This document shows positions 42,549 to 56,235 of a DNA stretch of 64,000 bases, piece by piece. The stretch's first letter is position 1. Every line of letters starts with the position of its first letter. Below the pieces are notes generated by a model. That model was not told the origin of the DNA. It searched no databases and was given only the letters and a program-made list of their open reading frames with translations. Both the position numbers and the translations under genes were made by a program. Origin of the DNA: Eledone cirrhosa. Taxonomy: Eukaryota. The stretch lies in NCBI GenBank assembly GCA_964016885.1, contig OZ024765.1, positions 4,712,001 to 4,776,000 on the forward strand, written 5' to 3'.

Positions 42549-43036
42549 CAGGCATGTCAAACTGAGGGCCACATGGGTCACAGATGTGTTGTCTGAGGGC
42601 CACATGGGTCACAGATGTGTTGTCTGAGGGCCACATGGGTCACAGATGTGTTGTCTGAAGGCCACATGGATCACATATGTGTTGTCTGAGGACCACATGG
42701 GTCACTGATGTGTTGTCTGAGGACCACATGGGTCACATATATGTTGTCTCAGGGCCACATGGGTCACATATGTGTTGTCCGAGGGCCACATGGGTCACAG
42801 ATGTGTTGTCTGAGGGCCACATGGGTCACAGATGTGTTGTCTGAGGGCCACATGGGTCACAGATGTGTTGTCTGAGGACCACACATGACAACTAATTGCA
42901 CACATTACAACTAATTTTTTTAAATTTTATATTACGAAGATAAAACATGCTCGCACTGTAAAAACCTTTGAGCGGGCCACAGGTGTGCTTGTAAAGGGCC
43001 ACATGCATCCCACGGGCCACATGTTTGACATGCCTG
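42549..43036. mobile_element. hAT (Charlie-like) MITE with an internal 31-bp tandem array
   Basis: 14-bp perfect TIR CAGGCATGTCAAAC, 8-bp target duplication GTTTAGAG/GTGTAGAG, about 10 copies of TGAGGGCCACATGGGTCACAGATGTGTTGTC. Confidence 0.85.
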
Positions 43037-43238
43037 GTGTAGAGTATAGTTTGTTTCACAACTGCCTTACATAATTATTTCTACTTTTGGCACAAGGCTA
43101 GCAATTATCCCAGTGTATTACTGGTACTTTATTTTATCGACCCCTAAGGATGAAAGGCAAAGTTAACCTCGGTGGAATTCAAACTCAGACCATAAAGAGC
43201 CGTACCAATTTCAGACCTGACCATTTTGAAGCCCATAT

Positions 43239-43438
43239 NNNNNNNNNNNNNNNNNNNNNNNNNNNNNNNNNNNNNNNNNNNNNNNNNNNNNNNNNNNNNN
43301 NNNNNNNNNNNNNNNNNNNNNNNNNNNNNNNNNNNNNNNNNNNNNNNNNNNNNNNNNNNNNNNNNNNNNNNNNNNNNNNNNNNNNNNNNNNNNNNNNNNN
43401 NNNNNNNNNNNNNNNNNNNNNNNNNNNNNNNNNNNNNN
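43239..43438. other. Assembly gap (200 N)
   Basis: Run of N. Confidence 0.99.
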
Positions 43439-43864
43439 ATATAATATAAAGGAACTGTTTCTTTGTTTTTATTCATTGTTTTTATTAATTTATATATATA
43501 TATCATCATCATCATCGTCATCGTTTAACGTCCATATTCCACGCTAGCATGGGTTTGGACGCGAGTTTTCCCACTTGAGGCAAGGTTGGTTGTCTTGCTC
43601 GCATAGGACTGTCTGGCAGGTTTTCTACAGTTGGATGCCCTTCCTAACACCAACCACGTTTACAGTGTGGGACTGGGAGGTTTTTACCGTGTTACCTACA
43701 CGGCCACATTACAGCGTAGACTGTGTGTTTTTTTGTCGTGACACCTACACAACCTCATGTATATATATATATATATATATATACATATATATGTATATAT
43801 ATGTATATACTGTCAAAACTGGAATTGAACCATCAGCACAGTTGAGGTATGTCAGACATCAATT

Positions 43865-43911
43865 TATTTTATCTGATGAGGACGTACCTCTGAAATATAT
43901 ATAATAAAATA
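43865..43911 (+). ncRNA. Hammerhead-like motif, related subfamily with a short irregular stem II
   Basis: UAUUUUAU-CUGAUGA-GGACGUACCUCU-GAAA-UAUAUA-UA|AUAAAAUA; stems I and III match the 58.0 and 63.9 kb copies. Confidence 0.6.
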
Positions 43912-43956
43912 TATTTGATCACATGAATGCCTATATTTATTAATATTTTGAAGTAA

Positions 43957-44000
<44 letters not shown>

Positions 44001-44566
44001 TCTTACATGCACTCTCATACATGCATATATATGTATGTGTGTGTATGTGTGTGCATGTGTGTATGTGTGTGTATGTGTGTGCATGTGTGTGCATGTGTGT
44101 TATGTACAGCAAAGTATTTCCAGCATATAATGAAATATATGATGATATATGTATAATTGTTTCTACTTTTGGCACAAGGCCAGCAATTACCCCCAGTACA
44201 TTACTGGTACTTTATTTTATCGACCCCGTAAGGATGAAAGGCAAAGTCAACCTCGGCGGGATTTGAACTCAGACCATAAAGGGACGTAACTCTATGCTGT
44301 AAAGCATGGCGTCCGACTCTCTACCGATACTGCCAATCCATATAATGATATATATATATATATATAATGATGAAATGATGATGATGATGATGATATATAT
44401 ATATATATATATATACCTTGAATTTGGATGCAATAGTATCTTCATACCTGGTCCGGTCTTCTTTATCCACCAATGTTCCCTACTTTATCCTGTAGGTCAC
44501 CCTGGAACTGCCAGTTTTGAGGGCCTTTTTTGTCTTTGGTTAATCTCAAGTTACCCGATAGAGTAT

Positions 44567-45130
44567 GTAGCTCAGAGATCAGAGAGTCACTCCAGGTAGA
44601 GCTGCTACTTCTCTGATTTGAGAGATCACAGCTCTGATACGATGGACATGTGGTTAGAATGTCTTAGGAAAGAATTGCTGGAGATATTTGTAGCTCAGAG
44701 ATCAGAGAGTCACTCCAGGTAGAGCTGCTACTTCTCTGAATTGCGAGATCACAGCTCTGATACTGTGGACATGTGGTTAGAATGTCTCGGGAAAGATTTG
44801 CTGGACAGATTTATAGCTTGGAGATCAGAGAGTCACTCCAGGTAGAGCTGCTACTTCTCTGATTTGAGAGATCACAGCTCTGATACTATGGACATGTGGT
44901 TAGAATGTCTAGGGAAAGAATTGCTGGAGATATTTATAGCTCGGAGATCAGAGAGTCACTCCAGGTAGAGCTGCTACTTCTCTGATTTGAGAGATCACAG
45001 CTCTGATACTATGGGCATGTGGTTAGAATGTCTCAGGAAAGAATCACTGAACAGATTTTACAGGCAAAACCAACCGGCAGGAGACCCAGGGGTAGACCCA
45101 CCCTGAGGAAGAGTGTTGGGTAACATCCAT
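44567..45130 (+). repeat. Four tandem 123-bp copies of an RTE LINE C-terminal fragment
   Basis: Starts at 44567, 44690, 44813, 44936; unit reads SSEIRESLQVELLLL*FERSQL*YYGHVVRM; single reverse copies near 26170-26340 and 36510-36786. Confidence 0.8.
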
Positions 45131-45795
45131 CTGCGAAATACTCAGTCACATACACTATGATATAGAAATGAATTAAATCTGTTATGCTGAATCTCCCTGA
45201 GAACTAAGTTCAGAGTATTTTAAGGGTACATGGTTCTATGGAACCCTCAGCCATTTATGTGTTAATTTCATTGTTCAAACAACTGGAATACTTATTACTG
45301 AAACTGATGAGGTCCAACATACACATATATGTGTGTATATATATATATACATGCTTGTATATATATATATATACACACATGTGTATATATATATACATGT
45401 TTGTATATATATATACACACATATGTGTATATATATATACATGTTTGTATATATATATACATGTTTGTATATATATATACACACATATGTGTATATATAT
45501 ATACATGTTTGTATATATATATACACACATATGTGTGTATATATAAACATGTTTGTATATATATATACACACATATGTGTGTATATATATACATGTTTGT
45601 ATATATATATATACACACATGTGTGTATATATATATACATGCTTGTATATATATATATACACACATATGTGTATATATATATACATATTTGTATATATAT
45701 ATACACACATGTGTGTATATATATACATATTGTATGTATATATATATATGTATGTATATATGTATTTATATATATGTGTGTGTGTGTGTGTGTAT

Positions 45796-46615
45796 TAGGG
45801 TGGCACTTATGGTAGATCTTTGGCTGCTCCCACCCCCTAATCCTGTTCCAAACAACAACAGCACGGGGTGTGCAAAATTTCAGCCAAATCAGACAACTGT
45901 TAGGCGACCCTCAAACACCTTGAAGTTGGAACATAGAATACACAACAATTAATTCTGTTCAAAAGCGGTCTACTGTCCCCTATCTCAACCATTTTCTTTT
46001 TTCTTCTCAGAGAAATTTATGTGGACACATCCAGGCAACTCCAGAAAATCATTTAAAACGTTCTGAATCAAATTTATCAATAGTTAATTTGATATATTAG
46101 GTTTTCTAAATAAAGCACACAACTTCTATAAGAGAAACACATTTCTATTTACAACAATAATTTCTATAGAATCAAAAACATAATGTGAACACTGAATATT
46201 GAATATTGAACATTATTTTTGCATAAGAGAGGATTTAGTGGCAGTTGGGTGTTTTATGGTTTTCAGTAATGATCTGTAAAACAAATTGTTTCTCAGTTTC
46301 ATCTTTTGTGAGAATGTTATTGTAATCCTGAATGAGTTTGACTCCTCTTTCTACATCATTCACAACAACTGTCTTCTCAAGTTTTTCAAGTCCACTTTTG
46401 TAACCAGGGGCCATCCTTCCACGTTGAAGGGTCTTTGTCGAGGAAATTGGTTCTGATAGAAAATCTTGTGAAGAATGTTTTTGTACCAGGAGTTACAAAA
46501 GACGAAAACTCGATGTAAAGGAAGAAAAGTCATTTTGGTGCAGAATCTACCGCTTCAGTTGATTTTTTCTTCCTCTTCTTCACCTTTGTCTGCTTCCAAC
46601 ATAACTTCTCCTTGC
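45796..46615 (-). mobile_element. hAT-superfamily (hATm-like) DNA transposon 3' remnant with transposase C-terminus
   Basis: Minus strand FVTPGTKTFFTRFSIRTNFLDKDPSTW..VVVNDVERGVKLIQDYNNILTKDETEKQFVLQII; terminus TAGGGTG at 45796. Subfamily assignment is from recall. Confidence 0.7.
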
Positions 46616-46730
46616 GCTCCTTTTATCCTTGCTCTCCTTTTCTCATAGCTCTCCTTGCTCTCCTTTTCTCATTGCTCTCCTTGCTCTCCTTGCTCTCCCT
46701 TTCTCATAGCTCTCCTTTTCTCATTGCTCT

Positions 46731-46866
46731 TCGACGGCTATTTCAGTCCAGAAATAGCCATCGAAACGGCTTGAGCCCTGCCGTCGGGGTCCTACTTGTT
46801 CCTATTACCCACTCTACTACTCTGGTGCGTTATGGTCCATCTGGTTCCCTACCACAATTCTTTCAT
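46731..46866 (+). mobile_element. Short element with the 3' two-thirds of a hammerhead and a tail ending in (TA)n; related copies at 56481-56645 and 56981-57064
   Basis: GACGGCUAUUUC-AGUCCA-GAAAUAGCCAUC hairpin, then GAAACGGC-UUGAGCCCU-GCCGUC|GGGGUC; CUGANGA box not present. Confidence 0.55.
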
Positions 46867-47750
46867 TATATATATATATATATACATATATATATACATA
46901 TCATATATATATATATATATATACACCCCAATCCACTACCACTACCCTATCCTCCCACCAACACCACCCTCTCTCTGTAAAGTTGGTACCACAACATCCA
47001 GTCCAAATAAATGAGATAATGAGATCGACATCGTGTAGGTGTCCGAGAAAAAATACAGAGTCCACGCTGTAATGTGGCTGTGTAGGGAACATGGTAAAAA
47101 GTTCCCAGCTCCACACTGTAAATGTGGTTGGTGTTAGGAAGGGCATCCAGCCGTAGAAAACCTGCCAGATAGTCCTATATGAACGAGACACGGTCACCCA
47201 ACCAGCCTTGCCTCAAGTGGGACAACTCCCGTCTAACCCATGCTAGCGTGGGAGGTGGATGTTAAACTATATATATGATATATATATATATATGATGATA
47301 TATATATATATATGATATATATATATATATATGATGATATATATATATATATATATATGATATATATATATATTTATATGATGATATATACACACTGTAA
47401 ATGTGGTTGGTGTTAGGAAGGGCATCCAACTGTAGAAAACCCGCCAGACAGTCCTATGCGAGCAAGACAACCACTCTTGCCTCAAGTGGGAAAACCCCCG
47501 TCCAAACCCATGCAAGCGTGGAACACGGACGCTAAACCTGATGATGATGATGATGATGATGATATATATATATGATGATATATATATATATATATGATAT
47601 ATATATGATATATATATATATATGATGATATATATATTTATATGATGATATATATATATATATATGATGATATATATATATCATCATCACCGTTTTACGT
47701 CCGTTCTTCCATGCTAGCATGGGTATATATATATATATATATATATATGA

Positions 47751-47853
<103 letters not shown>

Positions 47854-48290
47854 CATATATATATATATATATGATGATATATATATGATGATATATATAT
47901 AAATGAAAGGTATAGAAAACATTATTCCATAATATATATATATATATATTCCATAATATATATATATATATTCCATAATATATATATATATGATATATAT
48001 GTATATATGATATATATGATGATATATATACATATATGATGATATATATATATGATAAATATGTATACATAGATATATATATATATATGATTATATATCT
48101 ATCTCATCCAATATGTTGTCTATAAAATTCTTACATTACCATCATTCCATCATTCCATTATTCCATCATACCATTATTCCATCATTCCATTATTCCATCA
48201 TACCATTATTGGATTTGGTGTTTATCTAGCAGATATATATTACTTAGATCAATCACTGACATTCACACAGCATCTTATATTATCAGAATG

Positions 48291-48343
<53 letters not shown>

Positions 48344-48379
48344 TTATATATACACACACACATATATATATAATATATT

Positions 48380-48423
<44 letters not shown>

Positions 48424-49660
48424 AAAATTTATATGTGTGTGTGTGTTTGTATGCAAAAAGTAAACAGCAATAACAAACCAAGTTGACACAGTACAATGAA
48501 GGAATATATTAGTTTTATACTTGATATAGTAGGCAAAGAGTCTTAACGTTTGAGATGCTAGTTCTTCATGACAAAATAGAATGAGAAATTAAAGAAGAAA
48601 TAGAAAGATTGAGGAGGGTGAACTGTGGCAGAAAGGAGGATATTTCTTGGAGAAAAGGCAGGGCTGTATATATCACCATCTATTGGAAAACGGTTGAATT
48701 GAGTGTTGGTATAAGAAGTTCAGTTGGTTGTAGTTTGAAAGGATGTGATTGAAAGCAACTGTATAGTGCTGAAAAGGAAAAAATCCTTTTGTGTATAAAA
48801 TAGATATATAGGTGTGTAAGTGTGTGTGCGTGCATAAGTGTTTGTTTGTTGCTTGTCTGTGAGAAACTCTGTTTGTGTATAGCCTTAACCCTTTAGCATT
48901 TACATTACTCTATATTTAATATTATATTTTCACGGTAAAGTCTTTATCTCACATAATATCGAATCTATGAGATTTCGATATTATTTATTTTGAGAACAAT
49001 ACCCTAATGTCAGTATGAGTGGCCAGTTACAGCTGGTTTAATCCTTTAGTACATTACTCTATATTTAATATTATATTTTCACAGTAAAGGCTTTATCTCA
49101 CATAATATCGAATCTATGAGATTTCGATATTATTTATTTTGAGAACAATACCCTAATGTCAGTATGAGTGGTCAGTTTATCCCTTTAGTATTTAAACCGG
49201 CCAGAATTATCTCACCTCTTTTTGTTCAAACCAGCTGTAGCTGGCCACTCATACTGACATTAAGGTATTATTCTCAAAATAAATAATATCAAAATCTCAT
49301 AGATTCGATATTGAGATAATTATGTAAGATAAAGCCTTTACTGTGAAAATATAATATTAAATATAGAGTAATGTAAATGGTAAAGGGTTAAACCAGCTGT
49401 AACTGGCCACTCATACTGACATTAGAGTATTGTTCTCAAAATAAATAATATCGAAATCTCATAGATTCGATATTATGTGAGATAAAGCCTTGACCTCAAA
49501 AATACAATTGTAAATATAGAGTAATTGTTTCTACTTTAGGCACAAGGCCAGCAATTACCCAGTACATTACTGGTACTTTATTTTATCGACCCCGTAAGGA
49601 TGAAAGGCAAAGTCAACCTCGGTGGGATTGTAAATATAGAGTAATGTAAATGCTAAAGGG

Positions 49661-50722
49661 TTAAACAGAAAGAGTTGTGAGAATTCTGGCCAGATATGGG
49701 CAGTTTAAATGATAAAGGGTTAAACAGAAAGAGTTGGGAGAATTCTGGCCAGATATGGCCAGTTTAAATGCTAAAGGGTTAAACAGAAAGAGTTGTGAGA
49801 ATTCTGGCCAGATATGGCCGGTTTAAATGCTAAAGGGTTAAACAGAAAGAGTTGGGAGAATTCTGGCCAGATATGGCCGGTTTAAATGCTAAAGGGTTAA
49901 ACAGAAAGAGTTGGGAGAATTCTGGCCAGATATGGCCGGTTTAAATGCTAAAGGGTTAAACAGAAAGAGTTGGGAGAATTCTGGCCAGATATGGCCGGTT
50001 TAAATGCTAAAGGGTTAAACAGGAAGAGTTGTGAGAATTCTGGCCAGATATGGCCAGTTTAAATGCTAAAGGGTTAAACAGGAAGAGTTGTGAGAATTCT
50101 GGCCAGATATGGCCAGTTTAAATGCTAAAGGGTTAAACAGAAAGAGTTGTGAGAATTCTGGCCAGATATGGCCAGTTTAAATGCTAAAGGGTTAAACAGA
50201 AAGAGTTGTGAGAATTCTGGCCAGATATGGCCAGTTTAAATGCTAAAGGGTTAAACAGAAAGAGTTGCGAATTCTGGCCAGATATGGCCAGTTTAAATGC
50301 TAAAGGGTTAAACAGAAAGAGTTGTGAGAATTCTGGCCAGATATGGCCAGTTTAAATGCTAAAGGGTTAAACAGAAAGAGTTGTGAGAATTCTGGCCAGA
50401 TATGGCCAGTTTAAATGCTAAAGGGTTAAACAGAAAGAGTTGCGAATTCTGGCCAGATATGGCCAGTTTAAATGCTAAAGGGTTAAACAGAAAGAGTTGT
50501 GAGAATTCTGACCAGATATAGCCAGTTTAAATGCTAAAGGGTTAAACAGAAAGAGTTGTGAGAATTCTGACCAGATATAGCCAGTTTAAATGCTAAAGGG
50601 TTAAACAGAAAGAGTTGTGAGAATTCTGGCCAGATATGGCCAGTTTAAATGCTAAAGGGTTAAACAGAAAGAGTTGTGAGAATTCTGGCCAGATATGGCC
50701 AGTTTAAATGCTAAAGTGTTAA
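49661..50722. repeat. 59-bp minisatellite (about 18 copies) of the MITE right end
   Basis: Unit TTAAACAGAAAGAGTTGTGAGAATTCTGGCCAGATATGGCCAGTTTAAATGCTAAAGGG. Confidence 0.93.
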
Positions 50723-51149
50723 GAAAGGCATCCATAGAAACGAGGTAGGCCAAGGAAAACATTGCTCAAGAGAGCAGATTTAGTTTACATTGAATTTCAC
50801 CAAGCTGACATGTATGACTGAAGAGACAGGCCAGTTTTAGAAGGACTCCCCTACTATACAAAGGTGCCCATAACTGAACTTCAATATCCTTACACACAAA
50901 CGCACACACATGCACTCACACACACGCAGATTCACACACACATACATACACATACATACACATGCACACATATGTACACATGCAAAGAAACTGAGAGATA
51001 GATCGATAGAGAGGGAGAGAGAAAGATGCCTACATATATATGTGTGTGTGTTGTCTGTATATATATATATATGTGTATATTTATATATATATATGTATAT
51101 ATGTATATATATGTATATATATGTATATATATATGTATATCTATATGTA

Positions 51150-51180
<31 letters not shown>

Positions 51181-51287
51181 ATGTATATATATATGTATAT
51201 ATATATGTATATATGTATATATATATGTATATATGTATATATATATGTATATATGTATATATATGTATATATGTATATATATATGTA

Positions 51288-51328
<41 letters not shown>

Positions 51329-51699
51329 ATGTATATATGTATATATATGTGTATGTATATATGTATATATGTATGTATATGTATATATATATATGTGTAT
51401 GTATATATGTATATATGTATGTATACGTATATATATATGTATGTATATATGTATATATGTATGTATATGTATATATGTGTATGTATATATGTATGTATAT
51501 ATATATATATATATGTGTGTGTAAGTATATACGTATATATATGTATGTATATATATATGTGTATGTATATATGTATATATATGTATGTATATATATATGT
51601 GTGTATGTATATATGTATATATATGTATGTATAAATATATATGTATATATATGTATGTATATATATATGTGTGTATGTATATATGTATATATATGTATG

Positions 51700-51740
<41 letters not shown>

Positions 51741-51761
51741 ATGTATATATGTATATATATG

Positions 51762-51815
<54 letters not shown>

Positions 51816-52088
51816 CGCCAGACAGTCCTGAGCAAGACAACCAATCTTGCCTCAAGTGGGACAATTCCCGTCCATCCCATGCTAGCGTGGAAAATGGACG
51901 TTAAACGATGATGATGATGATGATATATATATATATATATAATATATAGGAAGAAACACAGTAAACCGTGTGTCTAAAATTACAAGGGTTGAAAAACCAC
52001 ATTTGTTTGAAATATTTAACCAAGAAACAGACAGAATGATAAAATAAAAATATATTATACAAACCGCCTCAATGACCATTATATCTTC

Positions 52089-52180
<92 letters not shown>

Positions 52181-52280
52181 ATATATAATACATATGTATG
52201 TAAAAGGTAAACAGAAATAACAACACAAATTGTACAGTATATGGAAAGAATATATTAGGTTAGGGATGTGTGTGTGTATC

Positions 52281-52355
<75 letters not shown>

Positions 52356-52849
52356 CCATTACAAAGGAATATATTGATAAACAATTTGTTATCATATGTT
52401 TTCTTAATTCGACAAAAACTTACATTCTCTTCAATATTCACTTGAATAAATTTTCACTGCGTAAAAACTATAAGTATTTGTAAAAATATTTTGTTTAATA
52501 ATATGTAAGTTAGAGAATGGGTTGGATGGTTGTGTTTGTGTAAAATAAGTACGACCTGAAGTTTCTCTCATAAATCACTGCTTACAAACTTTGAGATTAG
52601 AATAAGACAGATGAAAGAAAGGGGAAAGAGAAAGAAAGAGATGAAAGGATGAAAGGAATAGTCTTATAATATCCATTTGTAATTTTATCTCTGATATATT
52701 TATTGTGTTCGCCTTTCATTGAAAATAAATGTAGTTGTAATATTATATTGTACTACTTACTATTTACTACATACAGAATATATCTAGAGATTTTGAGACA
52801 ACACTGTATGTGTAGACAGATATAAACATCTTGTGTATATGTATATATA

Positions 52850-53090
52850 TATCGTCATCATCATCATCGTTTAATGTCTATCTTCCACGCTAGCATGGGT
52901 TAGACGGGAGTTGTCCCACTTGAGGCAAGGTTGGTCGGGTGACCGTGTCTCGCTCATATAGGACTATCTGGCAGGTTTTCTACGGCTGGATGCCCTTCCT
53001 AACACCAATCACATTTACAGTGTGGACTGGGAATTTTTTACCGTGTTACCTACATGGCCACATTACAACATGTCTGTGTTTTTTTTTTGT
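52850..53090 (-). mobile_element. SINE 3' half ending in (GAT)n; other copies near 10035, 11870, 34560, 43503, 47030, 47392, 51815, 55640
   Basis: Recurring GGTGTTAGGAAGGGCATCCAGCCGTAGAAA..AACCCATGCTAGC..ACGTTAAACGATGATG. Confidence 0.8.
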
Positions 53091-53092
53091 CA

Positions 53093-53466
53093 TGACAAGC
53101 AGCTGCCTGTCTATGGAGGGAGTCCCCGAGGTTGGGTGATGTTGCAGTGGGTGTCACTGGGTATCGTCCGGGGGAATGCTTTTGCCATCTTGTCCATGGG
53201 GCACAGAACTCTTGCCCCCTTTCCCTAGGCCCAAAGCCCAATCACCCCCCCCCCCATTACCCTTCGTGGGTTGAACATTTTACTCTCAGGCACCCAATTA
53301 AGTTAAACCCCTGGTAATCTTCGACGATTTTTTTTTTATAAGCACAAAATGTAGACACCATCCCCGGGCCGAGGTATTCCGTACTTCTCTGTACTGTTTC
53401 AGAAAGGAGGGATAAACATGCCAATCTATGTTTAGAAGCCCGAGCAACGCCGGGCCATTCTGCTAG
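53093..53466 (+). mobile_element. Non-autonomous Helitron-like 3' end (left boundary uncertain)
   Basis: GC-rich hairpin CCCGAGCAACGCCGGG followed about 8 nt later by CTAG|T. Confidence 0.65.
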
Positions 53467-53717
53467 TATATATATATATATGTGTATATATATGTATATT
53501 AGGTATAGGATTATCCTGGATGCAGTAATGGTTAATTACTACACTGGATAGAGTTGACGTACGGTGAGAGGTTACTCAACGAGTTATGGAAGAATAGTTG
53601 AAGAAACTCAGTTTCTGATCCTTTTGTATTCCGGAGTGTAGATAAAGAATGAATAATAACAGGTATGATGTCTACCTGTTATTATTCATTCTTTATATAT
53701 GTATATATATATATATA

Positions 53718-53898
53718 GTGGTCGGACGAAACGGCTGTCGGCAATAAACTTGTTATAATGTTATAATTGTTCCTTTGTTCTTTTTCACTAATATTTCTGC
53801 TCTGCGTATACGCATAGAGCTTAACTAGCTACCGTCACATATTTGGTAAGTCAGACGTGATCATCGCGATTCACATACGACCTACCATACATCTTACT
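53718..53898 (+). mobile_element. 5'-truncated hammerhead-bearing remnant inside (TA)n
   Basis: Begins GGAC-GAAAC-GGCU-GUC|GGCAAUAAA immediately after a (TA)n tract; about 150-nt tail then (TA)n. Confidence 0.5.
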
Positions 53899-54237
53899 TA
53901 TATATATATATATATACAAATGGAAGTTTAGTAAAATCGGAGTTTTGGTTGTGGCCAAGCTAACGATATACAATTAGGAATGTGCAGCAAAATTGTTGTT
54001 TTGGAAGCCTCAACAATGAGGTGGTAATGAGAGAGAGATGTAAGAGATGTAATGAGTGATGTAGAGAGCGGAAAAGATCATAGGAAAGTGTAAAAAAATA
54101 ATAACATGAGATAGAGTTACCTTGGAAGCGATTTAATAGTCCCTAAATTTAGGATTTCACATCCAACGACAGGGGGTTTTTCCAAGGGGACAAAAGTTGT
54201 GTTGGAGAAGGACAACATGTGACCTTTGTTGTTTACC

Positions 54238-54303
<66 letters not shown>

Positions 54304-55004
54304 TGAATGTATGGACACTTCATAAAGGGGGTGATGGTAGGATGGGCATCTTGCCGTAGAAAACTTGCCAAACAAGAGACATGGTAACTTCTTTACAGAG
54401 AGAGCTTGTGACACTTGGAAGAAAATAATTAGTCTTGTTCTCATTACTGTTGAAATGTTTGACACATCAGCATTGTTTAATGTCAACTTTAGACCAGGTC
54501 AGTACTGAAGCGGGGCCACTGACATCCCAAACAGGATAACAGGTCTGTTATCTCTCTTACATACAGTCATACATACTATAGAGTGTAGAGAAGTTGTTGT
54601 GTCTTTTGATACAAACTGATAAGTCCTCCCAATCTTTTGTTTGGCAAACTTTCTATGGCTGGATGCCCTTCCTAATACCAACCACATTTACACCATGTAC
54701 AGAATCCTTTTATTGTATAGATTACTAGAATTAGGGAGGCTGTCATGTCTTTCTTACAACTAAAAGGTCCTCCCAACCCTTTGTTTGGCAAGCTTTCTAC
54801 AGATGGCTGCCCTTCTTATCACCAACCACTTTACAGCATGTATTAGGTGCATTTATCGTGTAGATGACCAACCAGCACTAGGGAGGTTGTCATGTCCTTA
54901 ACACAATTGAAAGTTCCTCTTAACCCTTTGTAAAGCGTTCTATAGCTGGATGCCCTTCTTATCACCACTATGCCTTTACAAAATTGCATTTCATTCAATT
55001 TCAG

Positions 55005-55158
55005 GTCCTCCTCAAATAATTGAGGCTCCAACAAGTCAAAATGTTATTCAAAAGATGTCAATGAAACTTGTGTGTCAAGTGGAAGGACATCCAATCCCAG
55101 TAGTCAGCTGGTATCACAACGATATGAAGGTGTCTGCAACCTCGAGGATATTTTTAAG
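55005..55158 (+). CDS. Exon encoding the N-terminal half of Ig-like domain C (GC donor)
   Basis: TTTCAG acceptor, phase 1. GPPQIIEAPTSQNVIQKMSMKLVCQVEGHPIPVVSWYHND (I-set CxxxGxPxPxxxW). Ends at AG|GCAAGT, phase 2, the phase required by the next exon. Confidence 0.88.
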
Positions 55159-55920
55159 GCAAGTTAAGATATTTTTTTTTATTGTTTTCTAATATTCATT
55201 TCTAATGTAGGCACAAAGCTATCAAATATGGGGACTGGTGGTGAAGTTGGTTAAATCAATCCCAGTATATCTCTGGTATTCTGTCTTGTTTACAGTCATA
55301 AGACTTCTTATTGTTATTTATTTACATCAAAAGGTATGCCCTGGTTGTCTTGGATGCATCTTTCCAGCAGCGTGTTCAAAGCCATCAGACAACCTGGGCT
55401 CAATATAATATAATACCAACCTTATGCACGAATTTGCATTGCCCAGGAGGTGGCTGATGATAAATTATTTGTCTCATATACATGTACCACTTTTTTTTCA
55501 GAGTGTATTTTCTTCCCCCCTCTCTCTCCCATCTCTCTCCTCTCTCCCTCTCTCTCTATATATATATATAAAAATATATATATATAAAAAAATATATATA
55601 TAAATATATATATATATGCCGCCCCCCCCCCCCCCCCCCACTGCAAGGTGGTCGTGGTGGTGCCATGGCAAAAAAGCACCCAGCCCACACTGTAAAGTGG
55701 ACGTGTAGTGTAGGCGCCACGAAAAAGCACCCAGCACTCACTGTAAATGAGGTTGGTGTTAGGAAGGGCATCCAGCTGTAGAAATCAAGCCAGAATCAGT
55801 TCCTGTATGAGCAAGGCATGGTCAGCCGACCAGACACTGCCCACAACAGGACAACCCGTCTAACCCTTGCTAGCGTGGAAGAACGGACGTAAAACGGTGA
55901 TGATGATGATATATATATAT

Positions 55921-56180
55921 AATTACAACAGTGACATAAACAAGTACTCAAGTTTCGTTGCGTTCTGGGCCCCAATTTCTTCAGTCTGTCATGAGGAAAA
56001 TGAAAAATAAAGATGGATCTTTATTTTTTATTTTCCTCATGACAGACTGAACAAATTGGGGCCCAGAACCCAACGAAACTTGAGTACCTGTTTATGTCAC
56101 TGTTGTAATTAATTATACTAAACTCATCCTATGGACTGAGTGCTCTTACTCTTGGATATTTCCACTTAACTTTTACTTCA

Positions 56181-56181
<1 letters not shown>
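55921..56181 (+). mobile_element. Penelope-like/retrozyme-like remnant: 94-bp fold-back plus unique tail, hammerhead-like motif in each arm
   Basis: Arms 55921-56014 and 56017-56110, (TA)n on both sides. Arm consensus ACAGA-CUGAAGA-AAUUGGG..CCCAAC-GAAAC-UUGA-GUA|CCUGU. Confidence 0.65.

Positions 56182-56235
<54 letters not shown>

Noticed and set aside
45300-45320. CTGATGAGGTCC next to a microsatellite
   Set aside because: No downstream GAAA or stems; too short to call.
49661-50722. CRISPR-like regular arrays (also 29625-30378 and 38517-39132)
   Set aside because: No unique spacers, eukaryotic context, no cas genes.
51950-52075. Very degenerate hammerhead-like strings in other TA-bounded islands (also 10170-10350, 56285-56460, 58740-58970)
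   Set aside because: Two or more core mismatches; indistinguishable from chance without consensus sequences.
55159-55192. GT donor at 55163 or read-through to the stop at 55192
   Set aside because: Wrong phase for the next exon and would leave the Ig domain without its second cysteine.
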